A stretch of 32,000 bases of DNA from Mycobacterium tuberculosis H37Rv (GTDB lineage Bacteria; Actinomycetota; Actinomycetes; Mycobacteriales; Mycobacteriaceae): positions 2,640,001-2,672,000 of the forward strand of contig NC_000962.3 of the NCBI RefSeq assembly GCF_000195955.2, read 5' to 3'. The notes beneath the pieces were generated by a model. That model saw only the letters and a list, made by a program, of their open reading frames with translations. It was not told the DNA's origin and did no database searches. This document shows positions 8,368-17,703 of the stretch, in pieces. The position numbers were made by a program, and so were the translations under genes. Positions within the stretch are counted from its first letter, which is position 1. Each line of letters starts with the position of its first letter.

Positions 8368-8912
8368 AGGTCAAAATACCTTGACTTGTCGAGCAACCGG
8401 CGGTCCTTCTCGTCCTGCCGGTCGTGCTGGTAGGCCTCAACCTGGTCGGCTACCCACTCTTCAAGCAACCGGTCCTGCAGGGCGAACATCTCTTTTTCCT
8501 CGTCTGGCTCGGCGTGGTCATAGCCGAGCAGGTGAAGCACACCGTGGATGGTCAGCAGGGCCAATTCGTGGCCCAGGCTGTGGCCGGCCGCAGCCGCCTG
8601 CTCAGCGGCGAATTCCGGGCACAGCACGATATCGCCCAGCATGGACGGTCCCGGTTCGGGGGCGTCGGGGCGACCACCCGGCTCGAGCTCGTCCATCGGG
8701 AAGCTCATCACGTCGGTCGGCCCGGGAAGATCCATCCAGCGCATGTGTAGGTCGGCCATCGCCGCGGTGTCCAGCAGCAGCATCGACAATTCGGCGCACG
8801 GATTGACGTCCATCTTGGCGATGACAAACCGTGCGACACTGACTAGTTCCGCTTCCGAGACGTCGATGCCTGACTCGTTGGCTACCTCGATGCTCATAAG
8901 ATGCTCACGCAC
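8364..8912 (-). CDS. ybeY: rRNA maturation endoribonuclease YbeY
   Basis: 182-aa ORF with the zinc motif [11 protein letters not shown]. An alternative start is at 8897 ([10 protein letters not shown]...). It lies 3 nt downstream of the phoH stop. Confidence 0.9.
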
Positions 8913-8915
8913 CCA

Positions 8916-9974
8916 TCATCGGCGACCGCGGGCGCCGGACGCCCGCCGAGCCGCCCGATTCAGCCCCGACCCGGGCTCCTCGTACCGCGCATAAGCGTCC
9001 ACGATCTCCGAGACCAGACGGTGGCGTACCACATCCACGCTGGTCAGCTCCGCGATATGGATGTCGTCGATGTCTTCGAGGATGTCGACCGCCGCCCGCA
9101 GACCCGACCGGGCGCCGCCCGGCAGGTCGATCTGGGTGACATCTCCGGTGACCACGACCTTGGATCCGAAGCCCAGGCGGGTGAGGAACATCTTCATCTG
9201 CTCGGCCGTGGTGTTCTGCGCCTCGTCCAGGACGATGAACGCGTCATTCAGGGTTCTACCCCGCATGTACGCCAGCGGTGCCACCTCGATGACTCCAGCG
9301 GACATCAGCTTCGGGATCAGCTCGGGGTCCATCATGTCGTACAGCGCGTCATAGAGCGGTCGTAGGTACGGATCGATCTTTTCGCTCAGCGTGCCCGGCA
9401 GAAATCCAAGGCGTTCACCGGCTTCCACCGCGGGTCGGGTCAAGATTATGCGGGTCACCTGCTTGGTCTGCAGCGCGTGGACCGCTTTGGCCATCGCAAG
9501 ATAGGTCTTTCCGGTGCCGGCCGGGCCGATTCCGAAGACGATGGTGTTGGCGTCGATCGCGTCCACGTAGCGTTTCTGGTTGAGCGTCTTGGGCCGGATC
9601 GTCTTCCCCCGACGCGACAAAATGTCTAGAGTGAGCACTTCGGCCGGTGACTCGTTGCCTGTGCCGACCAGCATGGCAACGCTGTGGCGCACTACCTCTG
9701 GGGTCAGCGACTGGCCGCTGGCCACGATCGCAATCAGTTCGGAGATCACCCGTTCGGCTAGCGCGACATCCGCCGGCTCACCGCAGAGGGTCACCGCGTT
9801 GCCGCGCACGTGCAGGTCGGCACTCAGCGTGCGTTCGAGGGCACGCAGATTTTCGTCGGCCGAACCGAGTAAGCCCACGACGAGGTCAGGCGGAACGTCG
9901 ATGCTGCTGCGAACTTGAGCGTCGGCTTGCCGGGCTCCAGCCGCGTCAGCAGCGCGGGTCTCGCGGGACGTCAC
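8916..9974 (-). CDS. phoH: PhoH-like ATPase
   Basis: 352-aa ORF with a GTG start. Walker A is GPAGTGKT and Walker B context is [10 protein letters not shown]. It has an N-terminal KH-like extension and is the first gene of the phoH-ybeY-corC-like-Rv2365c-era string. Confidence 0.92.
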   Translation of the reverse strand: MTSRETRAADAAGARQADAQVRSSIDVPPDLVVGLLGSADENLRALERTLSADLHVRGNAVTLCGEPADVALAERVISELIAIVASGQSLTPEVVRHSVAMLVGTGNESPAEVLTLDILSRRGKTIRPKTLNQKRYVDAIDANTIVFGIGPAGTGKTYLAMAKAVHALQTKQVTRIILTRPAVEAGERLGFLPGTLSEKIDPYLRPLYDALYDMMDPELIPKLMSAGVIEVAPLAYMRGRTLNDAFIVLDEAQNTTAEQMKMFLTRLGFGSKVVVTGDVTQIDLPGGARSGLRAAVDILEDIDDIHIAELTSVDVVRHRLVSEIVDAYARYEEPGSGLNRAARRASGARGRR

Positions 9975-10248
9975 CTGGCTTCTGATGCCTGCTTTCTGGC
10001 CTATCGACTGGAACCTGTCGAACTGACGAGTGTTGAAGTTTCATTCTAACGCCGGTCAGGGACGGCGTCGGAGCACAACGCACAACGCCGAGCCCGTGCG
10101 CGCTCACCTTTATCCGCGATGAGGCCTGTCTGTGTCCGCCCGTTCGATGCCGACGAACGGCAGCCACTCTCGGGCCTGCCAGCTGTGCCTGCCGGTGCGC
10201 GGCAACATCCCGACCGTGCCCATGCCGGTCCGCCAAGCCGACGATCAC
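9946..10248 (-). CDS. doubtful hypothetical ORF (position of Rv2369c)
   Basis: 100-aa track ORF spanning the Rv2370c-phoH spacer. It is very Arg/His/Gly/Pro-rich (MIVGLADRHGHGRDVAAHRQAQLAGPRVAAVRRHRTGGHRQ...), which is typical of an off-frame or non-coding read in high-GC DNA. I recognise no motif in it. Confidence 0.2.
   Translation of the reverse strand: MIVGLADRHGHGRDVAAHRQAQLAGPRVAAVRRHRTGGHRQASSRIKVSAHGLGVVRCAPTPSLTGVRMKLQHSSVRQVPVDRPESRHQKPGDVPRDPRC
10043..10048 (-). promoter_or_regulatory. candidate -10 hexamer TAGAAT for the phoH operon
   Basis: The minus strand reads gcgtTAGAATgaaac, which fits the mycobacterial TANNNT pattern. It lies about 69 nt upstream of the phoH GTG. No convincing -35 is present. 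Confidence 0.3.
10140..10160 (-). terminator. short hairpin downstream of Rv2370c
   Basis: CCGTTCG (10140-10146) and CGAACGG (10154-10160) form a perfect 7-bp stem with a 7-nt loop and no U-tract. It lies about 85 nt after the Rv2370c stop. Confidence 0.2.
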
Positions 10249-11558
10249 CGCTCAAGCTGGGCCAGCCGTGAGCGTCGGCGCCCCAATGATTCGGGTGGCG
10301 GGCTAGTAATCCCTTCGACGGGGGTTTCCACGGGGTCGCTGGTCTGACTGCCGCGCCATTGGAGGGCGCTGATGGCCACGGCGACCTGGATGATCGTGTG
10401 GTCGAGGGGTCGGGGTAGGAGTCGTTGGGCGGTTTCGAGTCGGCGTAGCAGGGTGTTGCGGTGGGTGTGTAGTACGTGCGCGGCGCGGGAGGCGTTGCAT
10501 TGTTCGTTGATGTAGGTCAATACGGTGGTGAGCAGTTGAGGGCTGGCCGATTCGAGGTCCCCGAGGGTGCTGGTGATGAAATCGGCTGCGCTGTCCGGGT
10601 TTTCGGTGAGTACCGCGATCATGTGGATGTCGGCGAAGAAAGCCAGGCGCTGTTGGGATCGAAGCCGGGCCAGCATGCGTTGGGTGGCCAGGGCGTCGCG
10701 GTGGCTGCGCCGAAACCCGTCGATTCCTCGTGCGGTGGTCCCGACCGCGATGCGGGCATGTGGTGCGTGGTCGAGCACCTGGTGGATTCGGTCGGTGTCG
10801 AGGGTTGCCGCGTCGCTGACCCATACCCAGCGGGTGGCCGCGCTGGCGACCGCGATCAGGGGCTGTGGGCATCCCAGTGCGCGGCCGAACGCGCGTGCGG
10901 TGTGGTCGAGGTGGTTTTGGTTGTCGTCGGGATCGTCATACCAGATGATGGCGGCGGTGTGGGATCGGTCTAGGGGGTAGCCCAGTTTGGCTTCGGCGCT
11001 TTGGCGGCTGATGGGGGCGCCGTCGAGGATCAGTTCGACGATGCGGCGGTGTTCGGCGTGGACGTCGCGGGTCAGTTCGTCGTATTCGAGCTGCATTTGT
11101 GCGGCCAGGCCGGCCAGGGTGGCGTCGATGAATTCGGAGGCCGAGCGAAACGGCAGGGTGAGCAGTTCGTGCAGTTCTTGGGGGTCGGTGGTGAGTCCGA
11201 ACGCGATTTCGGTCCATCGTTGCCAGGCGACGTTTTGTCCGACGCGGTAGACGTCCAGCGCTGAGGCGTCTAGTCCGCGGCGCACCAGGTCGCGGGCCAT
11301 GCGTAGCGGGTCGGGGCCGAGGTTTGCCGGTACGGGTTGGCCGGGTTTGCGCAGGTTGGCGGTGGCGAAGTGGATCAGGTGGGAGCGGTTGGCGCGGCTG
11401 ACCACTGTTGCTAGGGCGGGGTCGGCGGCGATGGATGGGTGGGCGGCGAGGGTGGCGCGGTCGAGTTCGTCGAGCCATTCCGGGGTGGGGTGCAGGGCGA
11501 CTTTTGCTGCTTGGCGGATGAGTTCACGTCCGCGCGGTGTGGGTTTGGGCAATACCAC
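10245..11558 (-). CDS. PucR/CdaR-like transcriptional regulator (Rv2370c-like)
   Basis: 437-aa ORF with a GTG start. The C-terminal HTH, NASRAAHVLHTHRNTLLRRLETAQRLL, is the typical PucR C-terminal helix-turn-helix. Confidence 0.85.
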   Translation of the reverse strand: MVLPKPTPRGRELIRQAAKVALHPTPEWLDELDRATLAAHPSIAADPALATVVSRANRSHLIHFATANLRKPGQPVPANLGPDPLRMARDLVRRGLDASALDVYRVGQNVAWQRWTEIAFGLTTDPQELHELLTLPFRSASEFIDATLAGLAAQMQLEYDELTRDVHAEHRRIVELILDGAPISRQSAEAKLGYPLDRSHTAAIIWYDDPDDNQNHLDHTARAFGRALGCPQPLIAVASAATRWVWVSDAATLDTDRIHQVLDHAPHARIAVGTTARGIDGFRRSHRDALATQRMLARLRSQQRLAFFADIHMIAVLTENPDSAADFITSTLGDLESASPQLLTTVLTYINEQCNASRAAHVLHTHRNTLLRRLETAQRLLPRPLDHTIIQVAVAISALQWRGSQTSDPVETPVEGITSPPPESLGRRRSRLAQLER

Positions 11559-11752
11559 GAGATGAGACTAGTTGCCTAGGTGCGTTGTGCACCACGTTCT
11601 GGGGAATGTTGGTGAGGTTTACTCCTTCAGCCGTGGTGGACGTTTAGCCGGTGTGGCGCGTTCGGGATTATTGGGATGAACGGTTACCCACCGCGGCGGC
11701 AGCGGGCCGTGCGCCTGCCGAGTCGTCGACATTTAGCGTTCAGGAGGTCTCG

Positions 11753-11938
11753 ATGTCGTTGGTCAGCGTGGCCCCGGAGTTGGTGGTGACGGCGGTACCG
11801 GATGTGGCGCGCATCGGGTCGTCGATCGGTGCGCCCGACACCGCGGCGGCGGCGAGACCGACCACCAGCGTGCTGGCCGCCGGCGCCGATGAGGTGTCGG
11901 CGGACGTCGTGGCGCTCTTTGGCTGGGTCGCCCGTTGA
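11753..11938 (+). CDS. PE_PGRS40: truncated PE-family protein (PE_PGRS40-like, 61 aa)
   Basis: [57 protein letters not shown] is the first ~57 residues of a PE domain. GGAGG lies 6-10 nt upstream of the ATG. The ORF stops after ...WVAR, where a full PE domain would continue for about 40 more residues. Confidence 0.85.
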   Translation: MSLVSVAPELVVTAVPDVARIGSSIGAPDTAAAARPTTSVLAAGADEVSADVVALFGWVAR

Positions 11939-12078
11939 TGGTGATGGGGCCGCTGGGGCGCCCGAGACCGGGCAACGGCGGGGCCGGCGGCTCGGGTGCG
12001 CCCGGCCAAGCCGGCGAGTGGGATTCTGACGACCGGCTACCGGCGTGTCACGTCGCAGTATTCACAGTCGCTCGCTGA
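11938..12078 (+). pseudogene. out-of-frame PGRS remnant following the truncated PE domain
   Basis: A different frame, offset by 2 nt from the PE frame, reads [46 protein letters not shown]. The GNGGAGGSGAPG stretch is PGRS-type repeat sequence. The remnant runs into the 3' end of rsmE. Confidence 0.6.
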
Positions 12079-12825
12079 TGCATCCCAACGAGATGTGAGC
12101 ACACCGACAGCACCCAATGCCACCGCGGCCGCGGTCGATGTCCGCAGCACCGTCGGGCCCAGCCGGACCGCGACGGCGCCGGCATCGGTCAGCGCGGCAA
12201 GCTCGTCCGGTGCGATCCCACCCTCGGGTCCAACCACGAGCATCAACGAACCAGCTTGCGCCGCAGCGATATCCACAATCCGCTCGGTCGCCTCCTCGTG
12301 CAGGACCAGCACCGCCGCGCCGGCGGCCACCTCTTCTCGGACACGCTGTACAAGCATTGGCGTCGACAACACGCCGTCGACCGGCGGGATGCGCGCCCGA
12401 CGAGATTGCCGGGCCGCCGAGCGGACCACCGCTCGCCACCGACGCAAACCCTTGTCGACACGCGCCCCGTCCCAGTTCGCCACGCAGCGCGCCGCCTGCC
12501 ATGCCAGGAACGCGTCGGCTCCGGCTTCGGTGGCCAGCTCGATTGCCAATTCGGAGCGTTCGGATTTGGGCAGCGCCTGCACCACGGTCACCGGTGGCCG
12601 CACGGGCGGGACGCTCCAGCGCCTAAGCACCCGGGCCCGCAGCCCGCCACGTCCGGCCTGCTCCACCACACAGCGGGCCAGGCGACCGACACCGTCACCA
12701 AGCACCAACTGCTCGCCGGGACGGATCCGCCGCACGGTGGCGGCGTGAAATCCTTCGTCGCCGTCTACGACCGCCACCGCACCGGTGTCGGGCAGTGTGT
12801 CGACGTAAAACAGCATCGCCACCAT
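12037..12825 (-). CDS. rsmE: 16S rRNA (uracil1498-N3)-methyltransferase RsmE
   Basis: 262-aa ORF with an N-terminal PUA-like region ([22 protein letters not shown]) and the C-terminal SPOUT knot motif [15 protein letters not shown]...[14 protein letters not shown]. Confidence 0.88.
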
Positions 12826-12838
12826 GTGCGGGCCGTGA

Positions 12839-13987
12839 TTAGCGCCCGGTGAAGGTCTCGCGCAACCGGCTGAACAGTCCGCCGGCGGCGGCGTGGGTCG
12901 AACGGACCTCGGCCACCTCGCGGTCGCGGCGACCCTTCAGCTCGCGCAGCAGTTCGATGTCCTGGTGATCCAGCCGGGTCGGGACCACCACCTCCACGTG
13001 AACGTGCAGGTCGCCACGCGTGTTGGAACGCAGGTGCGGCATTCCTCGACCGCGCAGCGTGATCACCGAACCTGGCTGCGTGCCGGGTGGAATGGTGATC
13101 TCGCTCAGGCCGTCCAGGATGGCGTCCACCGTGACCGTAACACCCAGCGCCGCGTCGACCATGGGCACCGAAACCGTGCAATGCAGATGGTCACCTTCGC
13201 GGACAAAGACGTCGTGCGCCTGCTCATGGACCTCGACGTAGAGGTCACCCGCCGGCCCTCCCCCGGGCCCGACCTCGCCCTGAGCGGCGAGCCGAACTCG
13301 CATCCCGTCGCCGACACCGGCCGGGATCTTGACGCTGATCTCCCGACGGGCCCGGATCCGGCCATCGCCCATGCATTGCTGGCACGGGTCGGGGATAACC
13401 ACCCCGACGCCGCGGCAGGTGGGACACGGCCGCGACGTCAACATCTGACCCAACAGCGATCGCTGCACGGTCTGCACCTCCCCGCGGCCACCGCAGGTGT
13501 CGCAGGGTATCGGAACCGAATCGCCGTTGGTGCCCTTGCCCTGGCACCGGTCGCACAACACCGCGGTATCGACGGTGACCTGCTTGGTGACACCTGTTGC
13601 GCACTCTTCGAGATCCAGCCGCATTCGTAGCAGCGAGTCCGAACCCGGCCGGACCCGGCCGATCGGCCCTCGGGACGCCGCGCCCCCACCGAAACCCCCG
13701 CCAAAGAACGCCTCGAACACGTCGCCGAGGCCGCCGAAGCCACCGAACCCATTGCCGCCCGCAGCGGCGCTCTCCAGCGGATCCCCGCCCAGGTCGACGA
13801 TGCGACGTTTGTCCGGGTCACTGAGCACCTCGTAGGCGACGCTGATTTCTTTGAATTTCGCCTGCGCAGCCTCGTCCGGGTTGACGTCGGGATGCAGCTC
13901 GCGCGCCAGCTTGCGGTAGGCGCGTTTGATGTCCGCGTCGCTGGCGTTCTTGCTCACGCCGAGCAGCCCGTAATAATCGCGTGCCAC
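12839..13987 (-). CDS. dnaJ2: co-chaperone DnaJ (second paralog)
   Basis: 382-aa ORF with a GTG start and AGGAGAA upstream. It has a J domain (DYYGLLGV...[11 protein letters not shown]), a G/F-rich linker and four CxxCxGxG zinc-finger repeats ([32 protein letters not shown]). Confidence 0.95.
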
Positions 13988-14015
13988 GCTTGATTCTCCT
14001 ATGCCGCGTCTTTAT

Positions 14016-14032
14016 GCCGCTTCTCAAGCGGC
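14016..14032 (-). other. intercistronic hairpin between hrcA and dnaJ2
   Basis: GCCGCTT-ctc-AAGCGGC is a perfect 7-bp stem with a 3-nt loop, inside the 74-nt hrcA-dnaJ2 spacer. ATGCCGC occurs twice, at 14001-14007 and 14014-14020. Confidence 0.35.
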
Positions 14033-14061
14033 TATCCACAAACCCTGCAGCAGGTGCGCGT

Positions 14062-15105
<1,044 letters not shown>

Positions 15106-15133
15106 TCACTTCTTACGCTGCCTGACCGGCTTC

Positions 15134-15139
15134 ATTTTA
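15134..15139 (-). promoter_or_regulatory. candidate -10 hexamer TAAAAT for hrcA-dnaJ2
   Basis: The minus strand reads acgTAAAATgaagcc, which fits TANNNT. It lies 41 nt upstream of the hrcA ATG, in an AT-rich patch unusual for this window. Confidence 0.3.
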
Positions 15140-15154
15140 CGTTCTCGGCGGCCA

Positions 15155-15204
15155 CTGACCGTCATCTAGCAGGCGTCTGCCGATGGTCAGGGGGCGTGTG
15201 CCCC
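15155..15204. promoter_or_regulatory. tandem imperfect hairpins in the hrcA/Rv2375 divergent region
   Basis: Hairpin 1 (15155-15190) pairs CTGACC/GGTCAG, ATC/GAT and GCAG/CTGC, 13 bp in total, with a 3-nt bulge. Hairpin 2 (15191-15204) is GGGGC-gtgt-GCCCC. A third TGACCG word is at 15123-15128. Confidence 0.3.
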
Positions 15205-15220
15205 GACTAACGTGTCCAGC

Positions 15221-15268
15221 ATGATCTCGTCGGGCTTCAGCCACTCGGTAGGGAAGATCCGCCAATGA
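15221..15268 (+). other. possible 15-codon upstream ORF coupled to Rv2375
   Basis: ATG ATC TCG TCG GGC TTC AGC CAC TCG GTA GGG AAG ATC CGC CAA TGA. Its TGA overlaps the Rv2375 ATG (ATGA at 15265-15268). Both ORFs begin ATGATCT. Confidence 0.15.
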
Positions 15269-15582
15269 TCTTCAAAGGGGTGCGGGAAGGCAAGCCGTAT
15301 CCCGAGCATGGACTGTCCTATAGGGACTGGTCTCAGATACCGCCGCAACAGATCCGGCTCGACGAGTTGGTCACCACGACTACGGTGCTCGCGCTGGACC
15401 GCCTGCTGTCAGAGGACTCCACGTTTTACGGTGACCTTTTCCCCCACGCGGTGAAGTGGCGAGGCACCACCTATCTCGAGGACGGCTTGCACCGGGCGGT
15501 GCGTGCGGCCCTGCGCAACCGCACCGTGCTACACGCGCGAGTGTTCGACATGGACGCGTCACCAGGCGGGCGGCGTAGCTGA
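15265..15582 (+). CDS. small conserved hypothetical protein (Rv2375-like) with a ParB/sulfiredoxin-like motif pattern
   Basis: 105-aa ORF. IRLDELVTTTTVLALDRLL...PHAVKWRGTTYLEDGLHRAVRAALRNRTVLHARVF resembles the ParB/Srx-fold pattern (...DGxHR..A....G...). The function call is inference only. Confidence 0.75.
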   Translation: MIFKGVREGKPYPEHGLSYRDWSQIPPQQIRLDELVTTTTVLALDRLLSEDSTFYGDLFPHAVKWRGTTYLEDGLHRAVRAALRNRTVLHARVFDMDASPGGRRS

Positions 15583-15585
15583 ACA

Positions 15586-15605
15586 GCGGGCTGAAGCCGG
15601 CCCGC
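15586..15605. terminator. GC-rich hairpin between the convergent Rv2375 and cfp2 ends
   Basis: GCGGGC-tgaagccg-GCCCGC is a 6-bp stem. It sits 3 nt after the Rv2375 stop and 3 nt after the cfp2 stop on the other strand. There is no U-tract. Confidence 0.3.
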
Positions 15606-15608
15606 CAA

Positions 15609-16115
15609 TCAGTTCCCTGCGGCCTGCAGCAACTCCATCGCCGATGCGCGTGACAGCATCCAGCCGCCTTGATTCACGAACGTGACGTTCTGCGTGACCG
15701 GCGACGAGAGCTTCGGACCCGAGACGGAAACGTCGGCGGTGGCCGAACCGGCGGCCGCCGGCTGGATGTTCGTCACGCTGAACGACAGCGGCAGATCCCC
15801 GTGCTCGGCGGCCTTCTTCAGCTTGTGGTCGGCGATGCGCGCCTCGGTGCCCCCGATGCCGCCCTCGACCAGACTGCCCTTGTTCGCAAACGACACGTTG
15901 GGATCGGCGAGGCTGTTGAGCAGGCTGGTCAACTGGGCGGCGGTCGGGACGTCAGGGGCGGATGCCGGGTCCAACGGCAGTGGCGCGCCGAAGACGACCG
16001 GCTGCATCTGGTATACGACCGGGCCGCCAGCCATGATCGAAGTCACACCGGCCGCAGCGGCGCCGATTGCAGCCGCGGCGGTCAGACCTGCGGCGATCGA
16101 TTTCACCATCTTCAT
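15609..16115 (-). CDS. cfp2: secreted low-molecular-weight antigen CFP-2 (MTB12)
   Basis: This is the track ORF (192 aa) trimmed to ATG 16115 ([36 protein letters not shown]...), giving 168 aa. It has an N-terminal signal peptide, and GGAAGA lies upstream of the ATG. Confidence 0.9.
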
Positions 16116-16214
16116 GGTTGTGTTCTTCCGTTCGTTTGCCCGTCGATTGTGCGTTTGGTTCAAACTACCGGTGCACGCGCCGGGCAAGTCTGTGTCGTAG
16201 CTGTGAGCGAGCGG

Positions 16215-16430
16215 TCAGTCCTCGACCATGGCGTCACGCAGGCTCTTCGGCCGCAGATCGGTCCAGTTCTTTTCCACGTAGTCCAGGCAGGCGGCACGGC
16301 TGGCTTCGCCGTGCACCACGCGCCAGCCGGCCGGGATATCGGCGAACACCGGCCACAGGCTGTGCTGGTCTTCGTCGTTGACCAGCACGAAGAATGCGCC
16401 GTTGTCGTCATCGAAAGGATTGGTGCTCAC
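16215..16430 (-). CDS. mbtH: MbtH protein (NRPS adenylation-domain partner)
   Basis: 71 aa, [39 protein letters not shown]..., containing the MbtH-family signature NxExQxSxWP...PxGW. Its start overlaps the mbtG 3' end by 23 nt. Confidence 0.97.
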   Translation of the reverse strand: MSTNPFDDDNGAFFVLVNDEDQHSLWPVFADIPAGWRVVHGEASRAACLDYVEKNWTDLRPKSLRDAMVED

Positions 16431-17703
16431 CGCTTCTCCTTGTGTCGTTGTGTTTGGTCGGCGTAAAGATGCCGGCGCCGAGCACCCGGTCCGACAACAA
16501 GCCGAGGCAGCTCAGGTTGGGGAACCCGGGCCCCTGGGTGAGTCCGGACAGGGTGGGCAGGAACAGCTTGGGCGTGACGTCGGTGACTGCCAAGTCGTAG
16601 CCGATCGCTTCCTGCAGGCGGTCGGCGGTCAGCGGTCCACCCAGTCCCAGCTCGAGCAGGTCGAGGGTGTGCTGACTGAACAGTGAGGTGAACCACAGCG
16701 GATCGGCGCCCGAGCCGTCGATGACGAGATCGAATCCGTGCACGGTCTCGAAGTTCTCGCTGCCCCGGTTGGTGCTCAGCGTCAACCGGATCTGCCCCTG
16801 ACGGCCCACCGCGTGGGCGACCCGGCCACGCAGATGATGGATGCGGTCATCGGCCAGCAGCGCTTCCTGCACGGTCGCCGAGAACACTCCTCGGTCGGTG
16901 CGGGCCAGCGCGTCGCGCCGTTCGTCGAACGTCAAGGCCGCCCAGTCGGTCGGATCGGAAAACAGTGAGTTCTCGAAGAATCCCTCGCCGCGGGTGAACA
17001 GGGTTACCTGCGGGGAGATGACGGTGATGGTTGAGACCCGATGCCGGAACAGCTCGTTGAGCATCGATGCGGCCGTCTCTCCGCCACCGATCACCGCGAC
17101 CCGCTCGGCGTTGATCCGGTCGTGGCCGGCGGCACGGTCCCAGAACTGTGCGATTGAGAGCACGCGCGGGTTTCCGGGCAGTAGCGACTTTTCAGCCTGG
17201 CCGGGCCCGGTGATCATCAACGCGTCGGCCTGCACGGTGGTCTCGTGGGTGCACAACGCCCAGCGGTCACCGGTGACGGCGAGCCGTTCGACCTCGCCGT
17301 GGATCACCTTGAGGCCAATGTGATCGGCCACCCAGGCTAGGTACTGACTCCACCTGCGATGGGTGGGCGCCGGGCGGCCCCGGTCGATCCATTCCGCGAA
17401 CGACGCGGTGGCGATCAGATACGACTGCCAGCTGTAGCGGGTCATCCGCTCGTCCAATTCTGCGTTGCGCCGTGGCACCAGCGCCGACCGGTAGGGAAAA
17501 CCGACATCCTTTTCTGGGCTGGTGCCCAGCCGGTGGGCTCCGTCGGTCCAGCCACCGCTGGCCTGCCAGTTGGCCCCGACCCCGATGCGTTCGACGGCGA
17601 TCACGTCGGGCACGTCGACCCCCATGTCACGCAGCACGGATGCCTTGGCCGCGACCGCCACCGCCTTGGCTCCAGCGCCCAGGACCGCGAGCGTCGGATT
17701 CAT
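16408..17703 (-). CDS. mbtG: L-lysine N6-monooxygenase (flavin-dependent N-hydroxylase)
   Basis: This is the track ORF trimmed to ATG 17703 ([21 protein letters not shown]...), giving 431 aa. It has an FAD fingerprint (GAGAKA) and a second dinucleotide fold ([12 protein letters not shown]). ATGA overlaps the mbtF stop. Confidence 0.93.
   Translation of the reverse strand: MNPTLAVLGAGAKAVAVAAKASVLRDMGVDVPDVIAVERIGVGANWQASGGWTDGAHRLGTSPEKDVGFPYRSALVPRRNAELDERMTRYSWQSYLIATASFAEWIDRGRPAPTHRRWSQYLAWVADHIGLKVIHGEVERLAVTGDRWALCTHETTVQADALMITGPGQAEKSLLPGNPRVLSIAQFWDRAAGHDRINAERVAVIGGGETAASMLNELFRHRVSTITVISPQVTLFTRGEGFFENSLFSDPTDWAALTFDERRDALARTDRGVFSATVQEALLADDRIHHLRGRVAHAVGRQGQIRLTLSTNRGSENFETVHGFDLVIDGSGADPLWFTSLFSQHTLDLLELGLGGPLTADRLQEAIGYDLAVTDVTPKLFLPTLSGLTQGPGFPNLSCLGLLSDRVLGAGIFTPTKHNDTRRSGEHQSFR

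Noticed and set aside
14016-14032. HspR HAIR element (CTTGAGT-N7-ACTCAAG) in the hrcA-dnaJ2 spacer.
   Set aside because: Only one CTTGAG half is present, and it forms part of the local hairpin. There is no second half-site at the required spacing.
15678-15690. Palindrome GAACGT-g-ACGTTC, which shares the GAACGT core with the arms of the 2071 and 6685 elements.
   Set aside because: It is short, lies inside the cfp2 coding sequence and lacks the CGCC/GGCG arm extensions. It is most likely coincidental.
15669-16466. ORF 15669-16466 (+, 265 aa) and ORF 15682-16200 (+, 172 aa), antisense to cfp2 and mbtH.
   Set aside because: They are antisense to two confidently identified genes and have Arg/Gly-rich, low-complexity translations.
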